A stretch of 46,693 nt of DNA from an uncultured Candidatus Binatia bacterium (GTDB lineage: Bacteria; Desulfobacterota; Binatia; UBA9968; JAJDTQ01), in the NCBI GenBank assembly GCA_965213675.1, contig CBDCAF010000013.1, forward strand, positions 1 through 46,693, in the 5' to 3' direction. A program made the translations under genes and the position numbers. Shown piece by piece: positions 1 through 10,306 of this stretch; positions within the stretch are counted from its first letter, which is position 1; each line of letters starts with the position of its first letter. Below the pieces are notes generated by a model that was not told where the DNA came from, did not search any database, and saw only the letters and a program-made list of their open reading frames with translations.

Positions 1-202
1 CCTGGCAGCCCAGCAACAGATCATCCCTGTCCCCGTAGATCTCCTCGACGGAGTCCGTATCGATTCGCAGTACACTCAGGGCGGAACTGCGCAGCGCGGA
101 TTCGTCATGGGAATCCCGGGTAGCCAGCTGGTGCACCAAGCTCGCGGCCTGGAGCATCCCTGCGAATGCCAGCACCTGGTCTTTACTTGGATCCTGAAAC
201 AT
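1..202 (-). CDS. hflD: High frequency lysogenization protein HflD, 5' part (runs off window)
   Basis: Manual translation from ATG at 202: MFQDPSKDQVLAFAGMLQAASLVHQLATRDSHDESALRSSALSVLRIDTDSVEEIYG, matching the HflD N-terminus (LALAGxxQxAxLVxQLA...IY/FG). Confidence 0.8.
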   Translation of the reverse strand, partial: MFQDPSKDQVLAFAGMLQAASLVHQLATRDSHDESALRSSALSVLRIDTDSVEEIYGDRDDLLLGCQ

Positions 203-441
203 CGAACGTAGAGTGTAAATCAACCGTCTGTACACGTCCCTGGTCGATACGGCACCGACCATCCGGTGGAAACTGGTTTTCCCTTGGAAAAACCTGGCTG
301 TCTGTTGCGAATATTGGTCATCTTTTACGGAGAATCAATACGGGGAACCGATGAAACTATGCCATTTCCCGCGAAATTCCCGCAATTCCGGGGATGCAGG
401 GATCCAATGACCACAGTGATGGCCATTATCCGGATACCGTG

Positions 442-933
442 TCATTGCAGGATCAGCCGGCTGCCCCCGGTGCTGATCCCCCGTTCTGCGAAAAACCCCG
501 CGGGGGCCTCAAGGGCGAACCGGAACGGTCCACCGGGACCATACAACGGGCGGCTGTCGTCGGTATAGGTTTCCATCAGCCGCACTCCGACAACCCTTCC
601 GGCGGAGTCGAAGAACGCGATGTCAAGGGGTGCGTGCACGTTCTGCATGTGAAAGCTCGCCCGGACCTCGCGAGCGTACAGAAAAAGGATCAGGGTCCGT
701 CCGATCACTTCCGGACAGATGTGCTGGAACCCGCTCGCCCGCTCGAAGGCGTCATCGGCAACCAGAACCTCCAGGGGCAGTATCCGGCCGGTATCGTTGG
801 CAAGACGGATCCATCCTTTTTGCATGGAAATGGTTCCGGCGGTGGATTCCACACAAGTCTGACCCACCGCCGGTAACGAGGCGGTGATCAGCATGACCAA
901 TAGTCTTGAAATCTGGTGCCGGAAATTTCCCAT
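442..933 (-). CDS. DUF192 domain exported protein
   Basis: C-terminal part of ORF 442..1401: signal-like N-terminus, then EVLVADDAFERASG...FHMQNVHAPLDIAFFD...FALEAPAGFF; start moved to ATG 933. Confidence 0.8.
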   Translation of the reverse strand: MGNFRHQISRLLVMLITASLPAVGQTCVESTAGTISMQKGWIRLANDTGRILPLEVLVADDAFERASGFQHICPEVIGRTLILFLYAREVRASFHMQNVHAPLDIAFFDSAGRVVGVRLMETYTDDSRPLYGPGGPFRFALEAPAGFFAERGISTGGSRLILQ

Positions 934-1397
934 GTTCCTCCGCCGTTTCCCGGCGTGTTGCTGGCCCCCGAAAGAGGCGCCGGGCTCGCCGGGTGTAATT
1001 ATAGTCAACCGGCTCGATGGATGGTGCCGCGCCGGGATACACATGCCCGGTGCGAACACGGTGTCAACCGCCTGATCCGCCAAGTGCGAACGGTCCGGAA
1101 GATGAAGTGTATCGTACCGGTGTCCCTTGTCGTGCTTGTGTTGCCCGGGGCAGGACCGAGATGTTGACCACCTGGTTATTCCCCGGACCTTCGCGCCATT
1201 ACCCCAGGCGGGGAAGTCCTCGGCGGCTCCGGGACGATGGCCCTGCGGATCGCATCCATGCCGGAATACGACCAGCAAGCCGGGAGCATTGCCTGGATCA
1301 TGGACGGTATCGGTGACTGCCCCTCGCCGGAAGGATGTGGGCAGCGGCAAGGATAAACCAAGCGTAGGTCTCAACGTGGTTCTCGGACACGCCCTCA

Positions 1398-1760
1398 TCA
1401 CCGGATGCCTGCCGCCGCCAAGCGGTACCGGTGCACGGTCATGGCTTCGTCCCTGGGCACGCCCCCGTCATTGACGTACACGGAACCCAGGGCAAACTGC
1501 GCGCCGGCATCTCCCTGTTCTGCAGCCATACGGTACCAGAGTACATGCTCGGCATCGTTTGGCACGGCTTCGCCGGTGTGGCGCTTCACGCCAAGATGGA
1601 ATGCACCCCGGCATGCCCCTGGTCGGCGGCCTTGCAGTATCAGAGAACGGCTGCGGTATCGTCCTCAGACACTCCATCAGCCGTGTCGTAGGAAACACCG
1701 AGGCTGAATTGTGCATCGGCGCCTCCCCGATCAGCAGTTTCCCTCACCACATCGAACTGT
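1398..1760 (-). pseudogene. Degenerate Sel1-repeat protein
   Basis: Repeats ADAQFSLGVSYD..GV..D..AV, YCKAADQGHA and WYRMAAEQGDAGAQFALGSVY, interrupted by stops and a frameshift; boundaries approximate. Confidence 0.7.
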
Positions 1761-1796
1761 TCAACCGCTACATGCGAAGGACCTGCAAGCAGCAGG

Positions 1797-2006
1797 ATGC
1801 ATCAACAGATGCCCGAACATGCGGATACTGGAGAACCCCGCCAGTACCGGCTGAACGGTCTGCTTGTCTATGTGCTCTTGGTGATCGTATGGGCTTTTGA
1901 ACTCACCGGGATGCCTCGCGATTGGTTCTACCGCTCCTCGATTTACGCAGTAGCGGGGGGAACGGTGTTCGCCACCCTCTTCACCATCCTGGCGGCGTAC
2001 AGCTAG
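1797..2006 (+). CDS. Small hypothetical membrane protein
   Basis: 69-aa ORF with two hydrophobic segments; no family recognised. Confidence 0.35.
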   Translation: MHQQMPEHADTGEPRQYRLNGLLVYVLLVIVWAFELTGMPRDWFYRSSIYAVAGGTVFATLFTILAAYS

Positions 2007-2178
2007 CCGCAAACGGTAAAGCGGGGGTTCGTCAAGGATTCATGGATCGGGCGGGTCCAGGAACTTTCGTTCTTCCAAAACCGCCTCGACATCAAGATGT
2101 ACTTCTATGTCGTCGGTGGATGGAAAGAACCGGGCCCAGTCAAGCTGAAACCGATTCTCGGAATGTCCCGGTTTCCGG

Positions 2179-3210
2179 TTGAATTCCAGCATCCTGCCGG
2201 TCATAAACACCGGCAATCGTGAACTTCCGGATCGTTTCTGCCCCATGGCGCAACCACGGCCAAACGGGATCCTTTCGTTTTTCCTGCCGCCCCATGCGCA
2301 CGATGGGCAGTTGCTGCCCGTGCTGGGGGCAAGGAAAATCCTGACGAACAACCAGTCTTCCACCAATTCCATCTGGCAGTCCGCCGGCATCCAGGACAGC
2401 CTGTTCGAGAGTCTTTACCGATACCCCATCACCCGTACCGCGGAACTCGTTCAGTCCTGCCCGGCCACGCCGGCCGGCCATCATGCCTGGACCGGCGGAC
2501 TGATTGCCCACATACTTTCATCCTGCGACTTCGCCCTCAGGCTCCGCAAGGGGATGATCCTGCCGATCGGCTCCATGCCTGAGCAGGCATCGAAGAAAGC
2601 GGCTCTCTATACCTATGCCGTCTTCGCGGCGACGCTCCTGAGCGAAATCGGACCCGTCATGGACTCCCTGAGGATCGCTCTTTTCGACCGTCGGGGTCGG
2701 TACCTGTGCCAATGGAATCCGCTGCTGGACGACATCGGCCGAGGGCGCCCCCGTGCAAGATACATGAAGGTGCGGTTTCGTCCCAATCCCATCAACAGGC
2801 CCGGGAGGATCACATCTTTGATGTATGTCAGCCGAATCCTCCCGCAGGACGGCTTCGGCTGGATCAGGGACGACCCGGAAGTCTACGCCGATTTCCTGGG
2901 TGCATTTTCGGACGCACCGGATGGCCCGATCCACCGGCTGATAACGGAGGGGATGCGGGCAGCCGTCTCCACGGCACAGGGCATCCGGAAAGGTACAAAC
3001 CCTGACCTGCAGCCGGAACATCCCCCGACGGGGAATCCCTGGCCGAAGTATCCGCCTTTTCCTGGCACCTTCTCCCGCACGCATGGCAATCCGGCGTCCG
3101 ATGACCCGCCGGCCAGGGACCCGAAGCCGGTCAGCCGGAACAGCCGGTGCCCGAAAGGGGATTCAGTTCCACCGCCGCCCGGTAAGCGCCGTAGACGGCG
3201 GCGGCGATGA
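2179..3210 (+). CDS. MobH/TraI_2-type ICE relaxase homologue, degenerate and C-terminally divergent
   Basis: PATPAGHHAWTGGLIAH...FALRLRKGMILPIG..PEQ...YAVFAATLLSEIG..WNPL aligns with PFGI-1-class relaxases; canonical LLHDIGK reads LLSEIGP; start uncertain. Confidence 0.75.
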   Translation: MNSSILPVINTGNRELPDRFCPMAQPRPNGILSFFLPPHAHDGQLLPVLGARKILTNNQSSTNSIWQSAGIQDSLFESLYRYPITRTAELVQSCPATPAGHHAWTGGLIAHILSSCDFALRLRKGMILPIGSMPEQASKKAALYTYAVFAATLLSEIGPVMDSLRIALFDRRGRYLCQWNPLLDDIGRGRPRARYMKVRFRPNPINRPGRITSLMYVSRILPQDGFGWIRDDPEVYADFLGAFSDAPDGPIHRLITEGMRAAVSTAQGIRKGTNPDLQPEHPPTGNPWPKYPPFPGTFSRTHGNPASDDPPARDPKPVSRNSRCPKGDSVPPPPGKRRRRRRR

Positions 3211-5155
3211 TGCCCGGCGCAAGACAGTCGCCGACCCGGGTTACCGTCCGGGGTGCTTTCAGGTGTCCTTCCAAAATCGCGGCCTGAAGCCCGCGGCACA
3301 GGGAGTCATCCGGCTCCCGGCGAGTCAACGGCAGTATCCAGTCCGCCTCGATATCTTCCTGGCGACCCGAGAACACACAGGAAGCGGTGACGCCTCCCGG
3401 CGCGATCCTGTCAACTGACAGGTTGGTGATGATCCGGACTCCAGCGTCGAGCAGGGCGCGAACGGAGTCATGCTGCTCGTTGGTGTAGTCACTCCACTGC
3501 CCGGCACGGCCCGCCGGGGTGACCAGCGTCACTGAATGGCCCCGTGACCGAAGCGCCAGAGAGATGACCGGACCCAGGTAGTAGTGGTCGTCATCGAAAA
3601 CCAGCACGTTTCCGGATGGTGTCTCCTCTCCGGCAAGTACGGTGTCGGCGCTCACGACGACTGCCCCCGCATCGACGACAAACGGCAGGTTCCGGGCACG
3701 ACCCACACCGTCGATGGTCCATTTCGCCCCGGTGCCCAGGAACACATGGTCCGCGCAGACTTCGAGAATGTCGTCAATATTCACGGGACTTTCCCGAAAG
3801 ACCTCGACATTCGGCAGCTTGTCGATCTGCCCCACACGCCAGTCGCGGACCCGGATCCATTCGTTCAGGCCCGGCAGGCGGCTCTCTCGCACCACGCGGC
3901 CACCCAGGTCCCGCGTCGCCTCCGTCAGCATCACCTGGTAGCCGCGTTCGCCAAGGACCCTGGCTGCTTCCAGACCAGCCGGACCGGCCCCGACGACCAG
4001 AACCCGTTCCTGACCGGGGGCCGATACCCGGGGCACACGCTCCGGGTGCCATCCGCGGCGATGCTCCTCGCCCATGGTCGGGTTCTGGGTGCAGCGGATC
4101 GGCACACCGAGCGAGTTGTGCGCGTAGCAGATGTTGCAGCCGATGCACTCGCGAATGTCCTCGATCCTCCCCTCCCTGATCTTCCTCGGCAGGAAGGGGT
4201 CGGCGATCGACGGTCTGGCAGCGCCGATGAGATCCTGGATACCCTCACGCACGACCCTGGCCATGGTGTCCGGGGAGGTGAAACGGCCCACGGCCACGAC
4301 CGGCTTCGTCGTCATCGACTTCGCCTTTCTTACATGCTCCTGTAGGCCTGCCTCCCCAGTGTATCGGGAAGAACCCATCTCGATACTGTAGTCCGTGACG
4401 GTCAGGTCCCAGAGATCGGGCAGATCGGCCATGGCGCCGAAGGCGTCATAACTCTCCGGATCGGTCAGATCGACAGAGATGCGCACGGCAACTGCGGCCT
4501 TGCCGGCTACCGCCTCACGGGTCACATTGATGAGTTCATGGACGATCCGGTACCGGTTTTCCAGCGAACCACCGTATTCGTCGACGCGGTTGTTGGTATC
4601 GGGATTCAGGAACTCGGAGACCAGGTAACCATGGGTGGCGTAGACGTACACGATATCGAAACCCGCCTCGACCGCGCGCCGGGCGGCGGCAGCCTGCCAC
4701 CGACGAAGTCCGGTGATGTCGGACCGGTCGATCCTCCGGCTCTGCCCCGGGTGGTAGACGTCGGTATTCGATGTTGGCCGGCTGATGATGCCGAGCGGGG
4801 GTTCGCGGGTATCCAGGTTTGCGATGAAGCTTCCGCCGAGCCAAAGTTCGACCCCGGCAAGCGCGCCGTGTGCATGCACTGCCTCCGTCATCAGGGCATT
4901 GTCGCGGATGTCGTCGTTATTCCAAAGGCGGGCGAACGGGTATCCGCCGTCGTCAGAGGTGGTATGGACAGAGCAATACTCGGTGCAGACGACACCCCAC
5001 CCTCCCTCGGCCTTCATGCCCCGCATGGCGGCGAGCATCTGCGGACGCTTCCAGCCCATGCCGGAACAGTGGGGGACCTGGTAGAAACGGTTCCTGGCCG
5101 TTACAGGGCCGATCTCAATCGGATCGAACAGGCAGTCGTATCTGGAATCATACAT
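3131..5155 (-). CDS. Trimethylamine/dimethylamine/histamine dehydrogenase-family iron-sulfur flavoprotein
   Basis: RNRFYQVPHC (FMN-attachment Cys), ECIGCNIC...CTQNP 4Fe-4S motif, VVGAGPAGLEAA dinucleotide-binding motif. Confidence 0.9.
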   Translation of the reverse strand: MYDSRYDCLFDPIEIGPVTARNRFYQVPHCSGMGWKRPQMLAAMRGMKAEGGWGVVCTEYCSVHTTSDDGGYPFARLWNNDDIRDNALMTEAVHAHGALAGVELWLGGSFIANLDTREPPLGIISRPTSNTDVYHPGQSRRIDRSDITGLRRWQAAAARRAVEAGFDIVYVYATHGYLVSEFLNPDTNNRVDEYGGSLENRYRIVHELINVTREAVAGKAAVAVRISVDLTDPESYDAFGAMADLPDLWDLTVTDYSIEMGSSRYTGEAGLQEHVRKAKSMTTKPVVAVGRFTSPDTMARVVREGIQDLIGAARPSIADPFLPRKIREGRIEDIRECIGCNICYAHNSLGVPIRCTQNPTMGEEHRRGWHPERVPRVSAPGQERVLVVGAGPAGLEAARVLGERGYQVMLTEATRDLGGRVVRESRLPGLNEWIRVRDWRVGQIDKLPNVEVFRESPVNIDDILEVCADHVFLGTGAKWTIDGVGRARNLPFVVDAGAVVVSADTVLAGEETPSGNVLVFDDDHYYLGPVISLALRSRGHSVTLVTPAGRAGQWSDYTNEQHDSVRALLDAGVRIITNLSVDRIAPGGVTASCVFSGRQEDIEADWILPLTRREPDDSLCRGLQAAILEGHLKAPRTVTRVGDCLAPGIIAAAVYGAYRAAVELNPLSGTGCSG

Positions 5156-5496
5156 GGCGTGTCGGTATCTCAAGTACGATGAATCAGCACTGGCCGCAGG
5201 AATGTGCCCAGACGCGGGTTGGATTCTGTCAGAAACACTGCTGCAGGGATACGTAGTTTCAGATCACCGATTCCTTTCCTGGCATTGTTTTCTGCGGTAA
5301 CTGTGATTGCGAGAATCTCCCGAGCGTCATCCCCATCATCGTAAATCTACGGGAATGCAGGCACTCCGTTGTGCCCTCTCACCTCGCCCCGGCCAGCCAC
5401 GTAGCCCGCCCGTTCTGCTGGTAGCTCTCGGCCCAGTCCCACCGACTCAGGGCGAATTCGTCCTCTCTCAAGGATTTCCGCCGGAACAACAGTTTA

Positions 5497-6310
5497 GAGC
5501 GCGTTAACACTATTTGATATGAATATGTTAAACCCATCTTCCGTCGCTTTGTACTGTAATCGATGGGAGAAGCAAAGGGGTGGAACTTACAAAAGCTCAA
5601 TACGACCGTATTGCGGCGCCACTTCCGAAGCAGCGGAGCAATGTCAGTCTTTCGAATCTGCAAGTGCTCAACGGCATCCTGTATGTGGCAGAGCACGGCT
5701 GCAAGTGGCGTGGTCTGCCGGAGCGGTTCGGCAATTGGCACACGATCTACACGCGAATGAACCGATGGTCGAAGAACGGCGTTCTGGACCGTGTGTTCGA
5801 ACAACTGCAGCGAGACCAGATTGTTCGAATCAAAGTCGAGGCGTTTGGTCTCGACAGCACCAGTGTCAAGGTACATCCCGACGGCACGGGTGTCCGAAAA
5901 AAACGGGCCGCAATCCATCGGCAAGTCCCGTGGCGGCTGGAACACCAAGCTTCATATGGTTGCCGCGGATGCTCGAACAGCGGCTGCCTTCGCGCTCTCC
6001 CCCGGAAACGCCCATGCTGCCCCGGAGGGACGAAAGCTCCTGAGCCGACTGGGGGACCCCTCGAACCACCCGGCGCTGATCATGGATCGGGCATACGAAG
6101 ACGATGCCACTCGCCGGCGGGCACTCGACTTCGGTTTCATTCCCGTGGTTCCACCAAAGAGCAACCGTGTCGCTCCCTGGGAGTACGACAAGGAACTCTA
6201 CAAGCGGTGCAACGAGGTAGAGCGTCTGTGCCGGCGGCTCAAGGGCTTCCGCGGGATCTTCTCACGCTTCGACAAGCTTGATGTCATCTTCCTCGGATTC
6301 ATCGTTTTCG
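5497..6310 (+). mobile_element. IS5-family (IS427-like group) element, right end missing; transposase orfA from 5580, orfB in another frame across an A7 tract (5897-5903)
   Basis: LNGILYVAEHGCKWRGLPERFGNWHTIYTRMNRW, LDSTSVKVH, GKSRGGWNTKLH, MDRAY, NEVERL..RLKGFR..SRFDKLD; left end TA-GAGCGCGTTAACAC with no matching right IR found. Confidence 0.85.
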
Positions 6311-6324
6311 GATCTGCCTCTCCA

Positions 6325-6470
6325 CAGCGCAAGTCTCTTCTGGTGACAAGTCAGTTGCCCGTGGAAGAGTGGTGTGGAAAGATCGAGGATTCGACTCACT
6401 CAGACCCGCTTCTCGAATTGTTTTGCATAACACCTACCGGATCAGCCTGAAAGACGAAACCGTGCGAACC
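6325..6470 (+). pseudogene. istB: IS21-family IstB helper ATPase, C-terminal remnant
   Basis: RKSLLVTSQLPVEEW..IEDSTHSD then (frameshift) LHNTYRISLKDETVR, like the IstB tail TSQLP..W...DPT.AD..LDRLVHNAHRI.LKGESMR. Confidence 0.7.
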
Positions 6471-6634
6471 GAAAGCGTACTACTACGGTATCCTTTCGGT
6501 AGAGCCGTGATGAGAGGGTGGACTGGGATGGAGAATACCAGCCAGTCCGGTATATCACCCATGTACTCCAGGTAACTGTGCGAACTGATGAACTAAAGAT
6601 CACGGCTCCACCGAACGCAAACGAACAGCAAATC

Positions 6635-7204
6635 ATGAACAGGACATTGTATTTACCGGACGCAGACGAACTCGAAGCGGGACTGCCGGACATTCTGTTT
6701 TCCCCCAAGGATGAAGGGGACGTCAGAATGATCGTTCGCCGACCGAGTACGGACGAGCGGGAAGTGGTGGAAGCGGGCGAGTTGGACGTTGTCTACGGTC
6801 TCGTCGGCGACAACTGGCGTTCGCGAGGGAGTGGGAAGACCGATGACGGCTCGGCACATCTGGAGATGCAACTCAATCTGATGAACTCACGGGTGATCTC
6901 GCTGGTGGCCGGGTCCGAAGACCGATGGGCGCTTGCGGGGGACCAGTTCTTTGTTGATCTGGATCTCACCAAGGAGAACCTTCCCGCCGGCACCCGACTG
7001 GCCATGGGTTCAGCGATCATCGAGGTGACCGCGGTCCCGCATCTCGGTTGCAAGAAATTCGCCACCCGGTTCGGGGTGGAAGCGATGAAGTTCGTGAACT
7101 CCCGGCGCGGGAAGCAGCTCTGCCTTCGGGGCATCAATGCGAAGGTTGTGAAGTCCGGCCGCGTCCATACCGGGGACAAGATCCAAAGGATCCGCAATAT
7201 TTGA
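6635..7204 (+). CDS. MOSC domain protein
   Basis: GLVGDNW, LAGDQFFVDLDL, LPAGTRLAMGSAIIEVT..PHLGCKKF, RGINAKVVKSGRVHTGD; start placed at ATG 6635. Confidence 0.85.
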   Translation: MNRTLYLPDADELEAGLPDILFSPKDEGDVRMIVRRPSTDEREVVEAGELDVVYGLVGDNWRSRGSGKTDDGSAHLEMQLNLMNSRVISLVAGSEDRWALAGDQFFVDLDLTKENLPAGTRLAMGSAIIEVTAVPHLGCKKFATRFGVEAMKFVNSRRGKQLCLRGINAKVVKSGRVHTGDKIQRIRNI

Positions 7205-7948
7205 ACGATTTCCTTCTGCGGACAGCGAATCCAGTTGGGACAGACCGTTTCGGGCCGTCATGGTATTGGGACATTCCCGTCCTTCCTTTCCCCTCACCAG
7301 ATTGTGCCCGGCCTCCTGGCACATCGCACCTTCAAACTGAAGTCCCGCCCCGGGTTATTTCCTGGGCCAAATGATGTATTGCGCATTTGACCATGAGTAT
7401 CACCTGTCCTTTGCCTGGACTCTGGGGAAACCTCGGCGACGATGAGTCCGAACCCGGGTTCGGTACTGGTGGCGCATGGGGGTTGAGAACCCCGCATATG
7501 GCAGACAGGTGCACAATCTGCCGAAGTGTTGAATACACCCATCATCCTTGTAGGCCATCGGCTGGACGGTTGCCATTGCTGTCTGTTTCGTTGCTTTGCA
7601 TCGACAGGTATACTGGCAGGCTTTCGTGTTGCGATAGTGTCGACGGTCTATCCTGGGGATTTTTTTCCTTGAAAATTATATGCATGGATCAATTTCATAA
7701 TGACACAAATTCATTCGCGTTACATATACGCACCAGCATAATGATCTCAACCGACCTGGAATTCTGGAAGTGGACCACTGTGTTCGGCGATGCCAGTTAC
7801 CGATTCATCCAACCACCCGCGCGACCAGGGAGATTCGCTGGCAGGATTAGATGCATCGAGCCATAATTCGGCTCATCCGGGTGGTCAATTTCAGTGCAGT
7901 ACCCGGGTCGTTTTCAATGCAAATCAACAACCCCGGGCCAATGTATGT

Positions 7949-9382
7949 ATGGATGAATGTATTATTCGTAACGGATCGGTTATTGATGGATTTAGCCCCT
8001 GCAGAACCACCCGAACGATCGCGATAGTCGGGTCTCGGATTCGCCCATTGGAACAATTGGAGAACCCTGACACCGCCGACACGATCAATGCAGAACATCT
8101 GGTGGTGGCTCCGGGATTTATTGATGCCCACACCCACGATGACCGGCTGGTGATGTCCGACCCGGCCATGAAGCCCAAGGTAAGCCAGGGGGTCACGACA
8201 GTGATCACGGGAAACTGTGGCGTAAGCCTGGCTCCTCTGTACGGAATCGAACCGCCTCCCCCGTTAAATCTTCTGGGTGATGGCAACGACTTCAGATATT
8301 CGACGATGCTTGAGTATCGGGATGCCGTGGAGAGATTTCCGCCCGCCATCAATCTCGCCATGCAGGTGGGACACTCGACCCTGCGGGCTGCAACTATGGA
8401 TGACCTGGAAAGGCCAGCCACTTCTTCCGAGATTGAACGAATGGGAGAATTACTGGATGCCTCCATGACTGCCGGTGCAATCGGCATGAGCACCGGCCTT
8501 GCCTACCCGCCTGCTGCCCATGCACCCACGGAGGAGGTGATTGCCCTGGTTTCACGATTAAAGGCCCACAACGGCATACACACCACTCACATGCGTAATG
8601 AGGACGATGCGGTACTTCAATCCGTAGAGGAGACGATCAGGATTGGCAAAGAGGCCGATGTGCCAGTGGTCATTTCCCATCACAAGGCCAGTGGCAAGGC
8701 GAATTGGGGCAGGACTCTGGAAACGCTTCAACGAATAAAGGAAGCGCAACAGGTTCAGAGTCTAAACCTGGATGTGTACCCCTATATTGCCAGTTCCACG
8801 GTTTTGCTGGCCCACTATATTGAGCGGACGGAGCGGATCATCGTGACCTGGTCGAAGTCCCATCCCGAAGTCAACGGCAGGGAATTGTCGGAAATTGCTG
8901 AGGAATGGGGTATGGACCTGTTTGATACGGCTGACAAGCTGCAGCCGGCCGGGGCCATATATTTTCAGATGCACGAGGGTGATCTGCAGCGGGTGTTGCA
9001 GTTTCCGGATGCCATGATCGGGTCCGATGGGCTACCTCATGATGAGGTGCCCCATCCGCGGTTGTGGGGGACGTTTCCGCGGGTGCTTGGGCACTATTGC
9101 CGCGACTTGGGGCTTTTCACTTTGGAAGAGGCGGTGCGACGGATGACCAGTGTGCCGGCGAAGGTGTTTGGGTTGAAGGACCGGGGAGTCATTCGGGAAG
9201 GGGCAATTGCGGATCTGGTGATTTTTGATCCCAAGACCATTATCGACTCGGCTACTTTTGAAAGTTCCAAGGTACCGGCGGAGGGGATACATACGGTCAT
9301 TGTGGGGGGTGAGATTGTCTGGCAGGACGGAAAGCCTACCGGAAGACGACCTGGACAGGTACTGGAGAGGGTGGCGGTGTAG
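7949..9382 (+). CDS. N-acyl-D-amino-acid deacylase (D-aminoacylase, amidohydrolase family)
   Basis: PGFIDAHTHDD, GVTTVITGNCG, THMRNE, ISHHK, IGSDGLP..PHPRLWGTFPRVLG; start placed at ATG 7949. Confidence 0.92.
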   Translation: MDECIIRNGSVIDGFSPCRTTRTIAIVGSRIRPLEQLENPDTADTINAEHLVVAPGFIDAHTHDDRLVMSDPAMKPKVSQGVTTVITGNCGVSLAPLYGIEPPPPLNLLGDGNDFRYSTMLEYRDAVERFPPAINLAMQVGHSTLRAATMDDLERPATSSEIERMGELLDASMTAGAIGMSTGLAYPPAAHAPTEEVIALVSRLKAHNGIHTTHMRNEDDAVLQSVEETIRIGKEADVPVVISHHKASGKANWGRTLETLQRIKEAQQVQSLNLDVYPYIASSTVLLAHYIERTERIIVTWSKSHPEVNGRELSEIAEEWGMDLFDTADKLQPAGAIYFQMHEGDLQRVLQFPDAMIGSDGLPHDEVPHPRLWGTFPRVLGHYCRDLGLFTLEEAVRRMTSVPAKVFGLKDRGVIREGAIADLVIFDPKTIIDSATFESSKVPAEGIHTVIVGGEIVWQDGKPTGRRPGQVLERVAV

Positions 9383-9549
9383 TCGAAATTGCAATGCCAG
9401 ATACGGAACCACGTTCGGATGAACTGCAAGTGACGGCAGTATCCATGCATGTGCCAGTTGCGACATGAATCCGATCAATCATCTTGTTTGTCATTGGCGA
9501 CTAAATTGATGTATATTGATGCAATATTTGATGCCGCAAATTGCTCGAT

Positions 9550-9753
9550 ATGCGAACTACTCTGACGATAGACGACCAGTTGTTTGAACAAGCTGTAGCT
9601 TTAACGGGAGTGAAAGAGAAATCTGCCTTGTTAAGGGAAAGCCTGAAAGCTCTGATTGAGCGGGAAAGCGCACGCCGCTTGGCTGCTTTGGGAGGGAGTG
9701 AGCCCAAACTTGATTCGGTTTCCAGACGCAGGCCAAGCTTGGACGATACATGA
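9550..9753 (+). CDS. vapB: VapB-family antitoxin
   Basis: MRTTLTIDDQL...EKSALLRESLKALIERESARRLAALGGSEP; ATGA overlap with PIN toxin. Confidence 0.9.
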   Translation: MRTTLTIDDQLFEQAVALTGVKEKSALLRESLKALIERESARRLAALGGSEPKLDSVSRRRPSLDDT

Positions 9754-10118
9754 TTCTGGTTGACACCTCGATCTGGATCGATCATCTGCGCCATGGAAAT
9801 GAGACTCTCAAAATATTGCTGACACAGGACAGGGTGTGTATACACCCAATGGTGATTGGCGAACTGGCATGCGGCAACTTGCAAAATCGCGACCAATTGC
9901 TGAAGCTCTGGAATAACCTTCCCGGGGTCCCGGAGGCGAGCCATGGGGAAGTGATGATTTTCATCTACCACCGTAACTTGATGGGCAGGGGAATCGGCTA
10001 CGTTGATGTACATCTCCTGGCTTCCGCTAAGCTTCTATCCGGCACTCAAATATGGACGGGAAACAAGCGGCTTGCCAAGATCGCAGGTTCCCTCAAGCTC
10101 GCGTTCACGACTGGTTAG
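9750..10118 (+). CDS. vapC: VapC PIN-domain toxin
   Basis: MILVDTSIWIDHLR, HPMVIGELACG, GIGYVDVHLLAS. Confidence 0.9.
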   Translation: MILVDTSIWIDHLRHGNETLKILLTQDRVCIHPMVIGELACGNLQNRDQLLKLWNNLPGVPEASHGEVMIFIYHRNLMGRGIGYVDVHLLASAKLLSGTQIWTGNKRLAKIAGSLKLAFTTG

Positions 10119-10306
10119 TTCCAACCCATATTCGGGACATACCATTATTCGGCAGTGACTGAGGTTTCGTTGGTTGGGCTGGAGCACAGGTGCCGCCAGG
10201 GTTCACTGGCCCGGTATTGTCATTCGAGCCGTCAACCTCGCAAGTCTATGCCGGACCAATGGTGAAGGCGCGGCCCACATCCTCCCCCGCCCTCAACGGT
10301 GCTGGT

